Part shown: positions 33,635 to 40,678 of the stretch, one piece after another
Layout of the letters: each line of letters starts with the position of its first letter
Numbering within the stretch: position 1 is the stretch's first letter
Origin: a virus
DNA: 44,436 nt
Reading direction: 5' to 3' (one strand)
IMG/VR virus record: IMGVR_UViG_3300029944_000021
Span: 1 to 44,436 of that record
Translations under genes and position numbers: made by a program
The notes under the pieces: generated by a model
Seen by the model: the letters and a program-made list of their open reading frames with translations, nothing else
What the model was told of the DNA's origin: nothing
Database searches by the model: none

Positions 33635-34086
33635 CAGTCCTCCAGCCTTTGAACCATGCCGCGCAGCCCATGCTTCTGCTCTCTGTGCCCCTTGTCCATC
33701 AGGCACTCATACTGTGTTCCGTCTTCCCACCATCGCTTGCCGCAAATAGGTATCTCAGTTGCCATAGCCCTGCCCGCTTCGGTGAGTTCGGGCGCTATCG
33801 TTCCTACGCATATTTCTCGCAGGTCTTGCATGTCTTTTGGCCGGTCTTTCCCGGCTGTCATGCCCTCACCCCGTTGTGAGCTATGAACCTTATCGCTAAG
33901 GGGCGGATTAGAACCGCATTCCTCACCAGATCTCGGCAAACGAGCGGGAATCGAACCCGCCACGCTCAAATTGTTCCACTTCGTCGAGCGGCACTCACGG
34001 TTACCGCATCGCTCACCATTCGAACGAGGTATCCACTCATGCCCACACACATCGCATTGGTTGATGGTACGTTGCACCAAGGCCAT
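33634..34086 (-). CDS. Zinc-ribbon hypothetical protein containing tRNA T-arm-like sequence
   Basis: 150-aa ORF. N-terminal CDVCGHEW...CGNRECRS and C-terminal ICGKRWWEDGTQYEC. The middle translates as AGSIPA and CGSNPP, the usual read-through of T-arm sequence. Confidence 0.4.
   Translation of the reverse strand: MALVQRTINQCDVCGHEWIPRSNGERCGNRECRSTKWNNLSVAGSIPARLPRSGEECGSNPPLSDKVHSSQRGEGMTAGKDRPKDMQDLREICVGTIAPELTEAGRAMATEIPICGKRWWEDGTQYECLMDKGHREQKHGLRGMVQRLED
33903..33960 (-). other. Two tRNA T-arm-like hairpins (not a complete tRNA)
   Basis: Minus strand: GCGGG-TTCGATT-CCCGC (33960..33944) and GCGG-TTCTAAT-CCGC (33917..33903). I could not fold acceptor, D or anticodon arms around either. 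Confidence 0.35.
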
Positions 34087-34123
34087 GTCTCATTGTACCA
34101 AACATTGTGGCGCATTGCACCAA

Positions 34124-34588
34124 CTACTTGCCGATATGCTTGACAATCAGCGGAGCATCCTCGTTGCCCTCGTGAACTATCTTCTCGCCGTACTTCCTTG
34201 GATTGAGCTGGCCCGCACGCTTCATGAGTGCCTGGTAGATCAATTTGGATCGCTCAACATTGTCCACGATCTTCTGCGAACTAAACGTGCCATCCTTGGT
34301 CTCGGTGACCGTATCAACCTTACCCAATCTTGCCGTATGTGACTCATTCAATGCAGCATCAGCATAGGTGTCAGCCGATAAAATCCTCGCGCGTGCGGAG
34401 TCCTTGAAGAATCCTTCATTCTCGGACATCCACCTGTAAATCGTTACAAGTGTTGGAGTTGATTCTAACTCAGGTTCCGCTCTCATTGTGTCCAGTACGT
34501 GTTCCAGTCCCATACGTGACTCTACGAGACGGTCACATATCTCATCTGCTATGCGCTGATCGAAGGGTATTGCCGGTCTGCCTGCCAT
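34124..34588 (-). CDS. terS: Terminase small subunit-like protein
   Basis: N-terminal GRPAIPFDQRIADEICDRL...TIYRWM helix-turn-helix, ARARILSADTYAD and C-terminal NPRKYGEK, as in gp3-type small terminases. Lies upstream of terL. Confidence 0.6.
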   Translation of the reverse strand: MAGRPAIPFDQRIADEICDRLVESRMGLEHVLDTMRAEPELESTPTLVTIYRWMSENEGFFKDSARARILSADTYADAALNESHTARLGKVDTVTETKDGTFSSQKIVDNVERSKLIYQALMKRAGQLNPRKYGEKIVHEGNEDAPLIVKHIGK

Positions 34589-34602
34589 AGCGGAATTGTA
34601 AC

Positions 34603-34773
34603 CTAGCGCTTCCTTTTTGCGTCTAGCTCTGCGAATTTCTCCTTGCTCATACCTTTGGTGCTCGTGGAAGATAGAAGATAAATCACTCCGATGCAGAGAG
34701 CTACGGGAAGCAAATATGCAAGGCTTACAAGTATAGATAAGCTATTGACCATAACCGTAATGATAGCGTACAT
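34603..34773 (-). CDS. Small membrane protein (uncertain)
   Basis: The track ORF starts at a TTG (34788); an ATG is at 34773. Hydrophobic N-terminal half. Overlaps a + strand promoter candidate. Confidence 0.3.
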   Translation of the reverse strand: MYAIITVMVNSLSILVSLAYLLPVALCIGVIYLLSSTSTKGMSKEKFAELDAKRKR

Positions 34774-34774
34774 T
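34742..34774 (+). promoter_or_regulatory. Promoter candidate P1 (near-leaderless for the ATG at 34781)
   Basis: CTATTGACC, 18 nt, then TACATT, with the ATG 6 nt further on. Shares the CTATTGAC...AACSGTAATG pattern with 34931..34963. Confidence 0.35.
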
Positions 34775-34780
34775 GACGTA

Positions 34781-34930
34781 ATGGACAAAGAAATAATTAG
34801 TCAGGCAATGCGCTGGGTTCGATCTCAAGCAAAGAAAGCTCCGCGCCCTAAAGTGATGCGTCCTTGCTCAAACTGCGGAAAATCATTTGGAGCAAGAGAG
34901 TTACGGGCTCACAAAACTAATTGCAAATAA
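34781..34930 (+). CDS. Small zinc-finger-like protein
   Basis: 49 aa from the ATG at 34781 (the track ORF starts upstream at 34691). CSNCGKSFGARELRAHKTNC. Confidence 0.4.
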   Translation: MDKEIISQAMRWVRSQAKKAPRPKVMRPCSNCGKSFGARELRAHKTNCK

Positions 34931-34963
34931 CTATTGACACGCAACGGTAATGTGCATTAGTAT
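34931..34963 (+). promoter_or_regulatory. Promoter candidate P2
   Basis: CTATTGACA, 18 nt, then TAGTAT, followed by a 25-nt leader with GGAGA before the ATG at 34989. Confidence 0.35.
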
Positions 34964-34988
34964 TGGTCTTGTTAGAGGAGATACGTAG

Positions 34989-35195
34989 ATGATCAGACTT
35001 ATCGACAGTAGGACGTTTGAACAGTTTGAAACCGATGCGCTAAACCATGCTTCGCAGGTGTCAATCAAACACGCAGATGGTTACTATTTCCGCTTGGGAT
35101 CGGCTAATTACGACAACTCGTTTTGCGCCGGTAGCTATGCTAGGCTTGCGGCGAGCGCGGCATTCAAGCTCCACCCAGAACTTAGAATCCACTAA
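34989..35195 (+). CDS. Hypothetical protein
   Basis: 68-aa ORF with a GGAG Shine-Dalgarno sequence. Confidence 0.45.
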   Translation: MIRLIDSRTFEQFETDALNHASQVSIKHADGYYFRLGSANYDNSFCAGSYARLAASAAFKLHPELRIH

Positions 35196-35246
35196 CCCAC
35201 GCGGACTCCAGAGCGCAGCATTGCTCGATCTCCGCTGATGTATGAC

Positions 35247-35382
35247 GATTGCAGTGCTTTAGCGGAATCGGGATGGTGTAAAACCGGTACTTAACCCCAT
35301 GCTGAAGCTGGGCTCTAGGCTCGATTTGCTGACGTGCGACATGGGTCGTGCCGAAGACGAAAGAGCACTGCAATGGCTATAT
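35247..35382 (+). ncRNA. Candidate structured RNA element, copy A (unassigned family)
   Basis: Colinear with 43446..43583. Has invariant blocks, a 13-bp terminal helix and compensatory substitutions including G.U pairs that only work on the + strand. Confidence 0.55.
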
Positions 35383-35400
35383 ATAAATGAAAGGAATCTA

Positions 35401-35559
35401 ATGCGATACCTACCAGAGTTCGTGCCCTACGCAGGCCAGCTTGAGCATGTAACTGAGGTCGTAAACCAGCTCCAGTGCGCCGGCGACACCGGCGATCAGG
35501 TGCTCATCTACCTGGCTCGTAAGTATAGGCTCAATGTTCCGCTACCGGAGGTGAAATGA
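35401..35559 (+). CDS. Hypothetical protein
   Basis: 52 aa from the ATG at 35401 (AAAGGAA upstream). The track ORF start at 35299 lies inside the RNA element. Confidence 0.45.
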   Translation: MRYLPEFVPYAGQLEHVTEVVNQLQCAGDTGDQVLIYLARKYRLNVPLPEVK

Positions 35560-35747
35560 TGTTTGATCCGGAAAAGGTTGAGCGGTTCAACGTTTTATGG
35601 AATGGAGATGTCATACCGGATGATGTTCCGCACCTAGAAGTTGTTTATGCCAAAGACTTCGACGAACTTGTCAAGGAATACGGACTCGTGTGCGAGCTAC
35701 TGCGCATAACACAGAGTTATGTTGACAACAACCCACCAAAACCATGA
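35556..35747 (+). CDS. Hypothetical protein
   Basis: 63-aa ORF with an ATGA overlap to the upstream ORF. Confidence 0.5.
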   Translation: MMFDPEKVERFNVLWNGDVIPDDVPHLEVVYAKDFDELVKEYGLVCELLRITQSYVDNNPPKP

Positions 35748-35760
35748 ATCGAGGCCACAA

Positions 35761-35853
35761 ATGCACCTGTTATTCTTGCCCGACTATATCGCCGTCTTGG
35801 TTATGATGGTGATCTTCCTGCGAAACGCTTTCTCAAGCAAAACAGACATTTAG
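35761..35853 (+). CDS. Possible 30-aa membrane peptide
   Basis: Hand translation MHLLFLPDYIAVLVMMVIFLRNAFSSKTDI. GAGG lies 6 nt upstream. Confidence 0.25.
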   Translation: MHLLFLPDYIAVLVMMVIFLRNAFSSKTDI

Positions 35854-35942
35854 CAAAAGTTTGGTGCGGTGGTCATGGTGATGCGCTAGATGCGCATACA
35901 AATTCCCATATGCGGGTGTTGCGAAACAACTACCGCGCCAAT

Positions 35943-36449
35943 TCAAACATTAGGCAGCATCCCCCGCATCCGGCAGTGATCCGCCGCCGTAATCCTCTCC
36001 ATTGCCGTCCGCAGTAAAACCTCTCTGTGGCGCTCAGGCTTGGCCACCAGCAGCGCCGCAGCACTAAGGGATACGATTACATCCCGCTCGCGATCCTGAA
36101 GCGTGTATCCCCGCTCAGCGAAGCGCAGTATCCACTCCCCGATGCGTAGATTGGACTCGTGTAGCTCTTTAGCCTCACGGACGCGCTGCTGGGCCTGCCA
36201 CGCCTCATGGCTGAGCCTTTCTCGCGGAACGTAGAGCGTGTCTTTCCATGTAAGGTTTACCGCCTTTAGAATGTCATCCGACGAGCATCCGGCGAAACAA
36301 TGCACTGAGCACCTATCCTCGCCTGCATAAATAGCCAAGGTTAGGCTCTTTCCGCCATGCACCGGGCAGATGGCTCTCCACGCCTTACCCTCGCGCCTAG
36401 ATCGCTCGAATAGCCTGGACACCTCTTCAGCTTGCATTATCACCCTCAA
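35943..36449 (-). CDS. Primase-like zinc-finger protein (no catalytic domain recognised)
   Basis: CPVHGGKSLTLAIY...VHCFAGCS resembles CHC2-type primase zinc fingers. Last gene of the replication module. Confidence 0.45.
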   Translation of the reverse strand: MRVIMQAEEVSRLFERSRREGKAWRAICPVHGGKSLTLAIYAGEDRCSVHCFAGCSSDDILKAVNLTWKDTLYVPRERLSHEAWQAQQRVREAKELHESNLRIGEWILRFAERGYTLQDRERDVIVSLSAAALLVAKPERHREVLLRTAMERITAADHCRMRGMLPNV

Positions 36450-36612
36450 AGTAAATTATGATCTGCCCATCATCTTCCTCGAAATATTCTTCAGGTGGCT
36501 CCAGTGTGCAATCATGCAATCCGCTATGGCCGCAAGGCAAGCAGCACTGCTTGAAGAAAGGGTCAGTAACCCCACAGGGCTCGAATAGGTTTTCTATTTT
36601 CTCAGCCTGCAC
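36427..36612 (-). CDS. Hypothetical acidic Cys-containing protein
   Basis: 61-aa ORF overlapping both neighbours. Confidence 0.3.
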   Translation of the reverse strand: MQAEKIENLFEPCGVTDPFFKQCCLPCGHSGLHDCTLEPPEEYFEEDDGQIIIYFEGDNAS

Positions 36613-37273
36613 AGATTCTCTCCGCGTAATCAGCGACGCAATTGGCCAGTTCGGACGGAATGGTAGCGGCTTTAGCTGTATGTTCTTTCCTAATCTTAGA
36701 CTTTGATCCGGACCGCAGCATTGTGTCTTTTAAGCGGCATAGGCGTTTCTCTTCGGGCGTCATATCATTACGGAAACCAGCAGCATGCTGAATGCCCTTC
36801 TTGATTCCCATCGGCATCAGCGGTGGCACGGAATTTCCCCACAGGTAGAAAGGGCCAGCATGGTTAGCTGCAGTCCCGACGAAGCCCTGGGCGCGTTTCG
36901 TATTCTCCATGATGTAATTAACTTCGGCAGTGTGCAGCAAGTTACGGGTGTGGTTAAATAGTCGGATGCCAGTGGATGGGTACGGTGGGTTGGGATGGAA
37001 GTGAGCCATACCGAACAGGCTGAACTCTTCACAAGGACTAGATGATGCAACAAAATCGAATTTACCAAGATATACCGATGGCACTTTTCCGTGAAGCGAC
37101 AAATAGAACCCTATTTCATTACTCCAGTGAAGGCGCTCGACATCGTACTGGATAAATCTGCAACCTTCGGGAGCTTCCTGTGAATTCCAGTCAATTCCTA
37201 CCACTTCCCAGCCTCGCGCAGCGAACGCCTTACCCCATCCGAATCGCCCACAGAACAAATCAAGCATTCGCAT
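36602..37273 (-). CDS. DNA (cytosine-5) methyltransferase, short phage type
   Basis: DLFCGRFGWG (motif I-like), SSPCEEFS (motif IV Pro-Cys), IMENT (motif VI-like) and ATIPSELANCVA (motif X-like). The ATG at 37273 was chosen within track ORF 36602..37318. Confidence 0.75.
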   Translation of the reverse strand: MRMLDLFCGRFGWGKAFAARGWEVVGIDWNSQEAPEGCRFIQYDVERLHWSNEIGFYLSLHGKVPSVYLGKFDFVASSSPCEEFSLFGMAHFHPNPPYPSTGIRLFNHTRNLLHTAEVNYIMENTKRAQGFVGTAANHAGPFYLWGNSVPPLMPMGIKKGIQHAAGFRNDMTPEEKRLCRLKDTMLRSGSKSKIRKEHTAKAATIPSELANCVADYAERICAG

Positions 37274-38864
37274 GTGCGGCCTCTTTCGCCTTCGATTTTG
37301 CGAACTTGATGCGCGCATGCCGATCGAACATCTGCACCTCTAAACTCACCGGCCCCGGCACATTCTGCAATTGATTCGGCCAAACTCCGAACTTCTCGCG
37401 ATAGCGGTGCGCTGCCCAACCATGCTTCTTTTGCCTTTGTTCGGCCAAGGTCAGGAATCCTGAGTACCACTCCTGTTTCTGAAACATAGTAGCTTCGGGC
37501 TTCTTGGGTTTCTTCGTCTTCTGCCCGCTGAACTCGCTGAACTCTGCCTCAATGTGGCCTCCAGTGTACGCAGGCAGGCTCTCATCGCCGCACGCAGGGC
37601 ATTTCTTAGTCTTCGGAGGTATCAGCCAGCCGCATTTCTTGCACTTGCGGTGTGTGGCAGGCTTCGGGTCTTCCTCGAATGCCTTTTCTTTCTTGTCTGC
37701 CGGGTTATGTATGTCCAGGTGGTCGTGGTAGATGTCCTCCGCCGGAGCTAGGGCGGTGCCGTCGTCTCGTGTGAGGTTGCCGCCGTGGTCAATTACCAGC
37801 ACATCCGTCTTTGGTTGCTGGCCTGCAACTCTCTTGCGGGGATTGTCCGTTCTCAGTCCCCTGCCGATGATCTGAACCCAATCCGTCTCAGACTTGATAA
37901 TTCTACAAATTCCAAGAACTCGTACATCCTCGTCTATGCCCGTCGTCAGCACGCCATAATTGACCACCAAGCGATACTCAGCCCTCCGGTAGGCCATCAG
38001 TACCTTTGTGCGGTGTTCGCGCGTCATAGAGCCGTCTATGTAGCCGCAGGTGATGCCTTTGGCCTCGAACTCATCCCGCAGCTTACGAGCGTGGGCAAGA
38101 TTCTCGGCATAGTAGAACCCCGGTCGATCCTCGCCGTACTTTAGGTAGGTCTTGACCACGTCCCCGATTATCCGGCCATCGCTCATCACCGCGGCCCGGT
38201 CTTTCTCAGTCAGGATGCGGTTGCCGTCCTCGTCCAGGTGCGTCTTCAGCCCCTTGGTGCTAGGCTCCTCGCTGCCCACCAGATACCGCGGTCGCACCAG
38301 GTAGCCCTCGTCGATAAGCTGCGCCGTGGTCTTGGTCTGAATCAGCGCCTTCCACCGCCGCCCCATGCCTTTCTTCCAAGGCGTTGCGCTCAGGCCGATG
38401 ATGATCACATCCCGCCAGTCCAAAGAGTCCACCATATCCAAGAATGCTTCGGTCGAGAGATGCACCTCGTCAACGATGATGAAGTCCAGATCGGGCAGCT
38501 CTCTATTCACCGCCGTGTGGATGCTGGCCACCTGCAACTTAGCATGAGGATTAGTGCGTGGGTGATCTTGCTGCACGATGCCGATGTCAGACAGCCCCTC
38601 GCCCTCAAACTCTTCAACCGATGGCTCTATCAGGGCATTGCGCGGAACAGTGAACATGCTGACTTTGCCCTTGGAATAGCCAGACTTGAACAGATTGGCA
38701 GAGACTAGAGTTTTCCCCCATCCCACGCTGGCACAGCCGATAATTCTTTTATGCCCTCGCTTGGCAGCCTCGCGCACCTGCTCAATGAACAGCTCCTGGT
38801 GGTCGCGCATCAGCTTCTGCGGCTTGGGCGGAGCTTCTGTTTCGAACATGTTGGCTTGGATCAC
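37260..38864 (-). CDS. Superfamily 2 DEAD/DEAH-box helicase with C-terminal zinc ribbon
   Basis: GWGKT (Walker A), IIVDEVH, GLSATP, QIIGRGLR and CKKCGW...CPACG. Confidence 0.8.
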   Translation of the reverse strand: MIQANMFETEAPPKPQKLMRDHQELFIEQVREAAKRGHKRIIGCASVGWGKTLVSANLFKSGYSKGKVSMFTVPRNALIEPSVEEFEGEGLSDIGIVQQDHPRTNPHAKLQVASIHTAVNRELPDLDFIIVDEVHLSTEAFLDMVDSLDWRDVIIIGLSATPWKKGMGRRWKALIQTKTTAQLIDEGYLVRPRYLVGSEEPSTKGLKTHLDEDGNRILTEKDRAAVMSDGRIIGDVVKTYLKYGEDRPGFYYAENLAHARKLRDEFEAKGITCGYIDGSMTREHRTKVLMAYRRAEYRLVVNYGVLTTGIDEDVRVLGICRIIKSETDWVQIIGRGLRTDNPRKRVAGQQPKTDVLVIDHGGNLTRDDGTALAPAEDIYHDHLDIHNPADKKEKAFEEDPKPATHRKCKKCGWLIPPKTKKCPACGDESLPAYTGGHIEAEFSEFSGQKTKKPKKPEATMFQKQEWYSGFLTLAEQRQKKHGWAAHRYREKFGVWPNQLQNVPGPVSLEVQMFDRHARIKFAKSKAKEAAHANA

Positions 38865-39025
38865 GAGATTTGCTCATCTTCCACACGTTTTCCCACAGAC
38901 CTGACGACTCGGTATCCCAGGGTTTTTAAGTGTTCGCAATAGGAATCGCTCCAAATCCACTTGGCAACATACCAACCTTCGGATCCGTAAACCCACATTC
39001 TTTCGTGACTACTGTCGTTGCTCAT
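38861..39025 (-). CDS. Small Trp-rich hypothetical protein (54 aa, below the track cutoff)
   Basis: Hand translation MSNDSSHERMWVYGSEGWYVAKWIWSDSYCEHLKTLGYRVVRSVGKRVEDEQIS. ATGA overlap upstream and GTGA overlap downstream. Confidence 0.35.
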   Translation of the reverse strand: MSNDSSHERMWVYGSEGWYVAKWIWSDSYCEHLKTLGYRVVRSVGKRVEDEQIS

Positions 39026-39243
39026 ACTGTGATCTCTCCGTAAACTTCTGCAATTAATAGCTGCTTGCTTTGCTCTGTCTCCAGCATGATCTGAACCGGG
39101 GCGACATAGACCTCGTGTCGCAAGGTTCGCCGTATCACGCTCTCTATGGTCGCAGTCGTGGTCTTGAAGTAGTCGGCGAGTTCCTGAACTGAATACCCTT
39201 GCAGGAACTTAGTGTTGATTGCCTTATGCGTGATTGCCATCAT
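39022..39243 (-). CDS. Small helix-turn-helix-like protein
   Basis: 73 aa. YSVQELADYFKTTTATIESVIRR resembles a sigma-70 region 4/LuxR-type HTH. Confidence 0.4.
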   Translation of the reverse strand: MMAITHKAINTKFLQGYSVQELADYFKTTTATIESVIRRTLRHEVYVAPVQIMLETEQSKQLLIAEVYGEITV

Positions 39244-39420
39244 TCACCTCGATACGCCTAGCAGCAGCCTTCGCGATTCATCATCTTTGCATCGGTCTAG
39301 CTGATCCATAAAAGATATTCGAAGCTTCAGCATGGTTCTCTTTGTATTGCAAAGACGATATCTTCGGATGAACCATATGCGGCGATGATAGTTGGGATCT
39401 TCTAATCGAGACTTTTTCAC
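39244..39420 (-). CDS. Small basic hypothetical protein (58 aa)
   Basis: The GTG start overlaps the stop of the Vsr-like gene (GTGA). Its stop abuts the ATG at 39243. Confidence 0.3.
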   Translation of the reverse strand: MKKSRLEDPNYHRRIWFIRRYRLCNTKRTMLKLRISFMDQLDRCKDDESRRLLLGVSR

Positions 39421-39749
39421 AGCACCACCTCCAGCACATCTGTTATTGCTTGGCCCTTGATGACCATCGCCGTCGAGTAGCGAAGCACCTTCCATCCTAG
39501 CCGCGCAGCAATGTTGTACTTGACGCAATCCGTTTCGAATCCATTGCCGCGGCTGTGGCGAGACTTTCCGAATGACGTTCCGCCTTCGATCTCCACCGCT
39601 ATCAGGCGCTCAGGCCATGCGAAATCGAATGCGAACTTGCGGCCCTCGCAGAACTTGTATTCCCGCTCGGGGGTTAGGTTGTGTGCGTGGCAGTGGAGCG
39701 CGAAAGTCTCCTCGCCGGGGCTTAGAGGTTGCGGTATTTTGGCGGGCAT
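39417..39749 (-). CDS. PD-(D/E)XK endonuclease-like protein (DUF559/Vsr-like)
   Basis: EREYKF...FAFDFAWPERLIAVEIEGG...GWKVLRY. The ATG at 39749 was chosen within track ORF 39417..39926. Confidence 0.55.
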   Translation of the reverse strand: MPAKIPQPLSPGEETFALHCHAHNLTPEREYKFCEGRKFAFDFAWPERLIAVEIEGGTSFGKSRHSRGNGFETDCVKYNIAARLGWKVLRYSTAMVIKGQAITDVLEVVL

Positions 39750-40024
39750 GGCTTCTCCATTGATGGGCCGTAGTTGTGAAACGTCCGATGACAATAGCCG
39801 CAGTAGGTCTCCACCTGATCTAAACTGTCTCCCCACATGCGCTTTCCACGCTTGTGAGATAAATGCATACTTCCGTTCTGTTCTTGATCCATATCCGGGA
39901 ACACAGTTCTTCCACACCTGACGCATCTATGTCCATCGCGCTCATAGGCGGATATGCGCAAAGATGCTAACTCATCGCCCTTTAGCCTGCCCGGCCTGGG
40001 TTTAGTTCGTGGTCGTATCTTCAC
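39722..40024 (-). CDS. HNH endonuclease
   Basis: CVRCGR...HLSHKRGK...CGYCHRTFHN. The GTG start overlaps the upstream stop (GTGA). Confidence 0.65.
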   Translation of the reverse strand: MKIRPRTKPRPGRLKGDELASLRISAYERDGHRCVRCGRTVFPDMDQEQNGSMHLSHKRGKRMWGDSLDQVETYCGYCHRTFHNYGPSMEKPCPPKYRNL

Positions 40025-40182
40025 TTAGTAGCCTCGAACTTCCTCATGCACGCATGGCACATAAATGCAGGGTTGTACCGGCTTATTGTCGTGCCGCATG
40101 GGCACCGCCTCTGCTCAGGTTGCGGCGGCGCCCAATCCTCGATGTAGCTGAACATCCTGCTTCCGCGGTCTTCACTCATCAT
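40021..40182 (-). CDS. Small zinc-ribbon protein (53 aa, below the track cutoff)
   Basis: Hand translation MMSEDRGSRMFSYIEDWAPPQPEQRRCPCGTTISRYNPAFMCHACMRKFEATK. AAGGA upstream. Confidence 0.4.
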   Translation of the reverse strand: MMSEDRGSRMFSYIEDWAPPQPEQRRCPCGTTISRYNPAFMCHACMRKFEATK

Positions 40183-40190
40183 CCATCCTT

Positions 40191-40499
40191 TCAGTCATTG
40201 AATTCGTGTAGTCCGCCAGCGATGGCAATTTCGAACATCACTGCTTTCGCCACAGCGGAATTACTTTTCTTGGATATGAGAGTGCCTAGCTTTTTATGCA
40301 CTCCTACGAAATGGTGGTAGTTTGCTCCCTCGGCCTCACTGTCGCAATATTCTTCCAGATCTTCCAGGGTAGTGTTATCCACAGTGGCCTTCTCGGAGGT
40401 AGAACCTTTACCACAAAAAGAAAGACTATGTGCGTTTCCGAGATAACGGTTTACCTCATCGCCATCACACTTTTCATTGATCCAAAACAGATTGCTCAT
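40191..40499 (-). CDS. Hypothetical acidic protein
   Basis: 102-aa ORF. Confidence 0.45.
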   Translation of the reverse strand: MSNLFWINEKCDGDEVNRYLGNAHSLSFCGKGSTSEKATVDNTTLEDLEEYCDSEAEGANYHHFVGVHKKLGTLISKKSNSAVAKAVMFEIAIAGGLHEFND

Positions 40500-40678
40500 T
40501 CGTAAACCCCCAATTCCTTATTCGCCTTGTATTTCCTGCGCTTTGCCTCTTCTGCCGCAAGGTGCCTAATTTCCGGCGTCTCAACCTTCATCAAGGGAAC
40601 GATGAAGCGATTCCAGGAGCTTAGACTGCCGCACTCCATCATCAGAATCTTGAACAGCGTTGGCGCGTAATCCGGCAT
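40496..40678 (-). CDS. Hypothetical protein (start uncertain)
   Basis: 60-aa ORF overlapping the exonuclease 3' end by 98 nt. The internal ATG at 40591 would cut the overlap to 11 nt. Confidence 0.3.
   Translation of the reverse strand: MPDYAPTLFKILMMECGSLSSWNRFIVPLMKVETPEIRHLAAEEAKRRKYKANKELGVYE

Noticed and set aside
33890-34020. A complete tRNA gene (or two) on the minus strand
   Set aside because: Only T-arm-like hairpins are present. The best acceptor pairing needs three G.U pairs, and no D-arm or anticodon loop with U33 could be built. Treated as tRNA-like fragments.
35329-35362. Hammerhead ribozyme core (CUGACG ... CGAAA next to a three-way junction)
   Set aside because: The position equivalent to A9 is U in copy A and G in copy B. 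Ten nucleotides rather than GAA separate the stem II-like hairpin from the outer helix, so the conserved core is not satisfied.
35299-35400. N-terminal 34 codons of track ORF 35299..35559
   Set aside because: The ATG at 35299 is part of the invariant CCCCATG block of the RNA element. A downstream ATG at 35401 has its own purine-rich SD. The equivalent region of copy B is not open in the same way.
39244-39528. 94-aa track ORF as a whole
   Set aside because: Its 5' two thirds overlap the Vsr-like gene out of frame. Only the 58-aa portion from the GTGA-coupled GTG at 39420 was kept, at low confidence.
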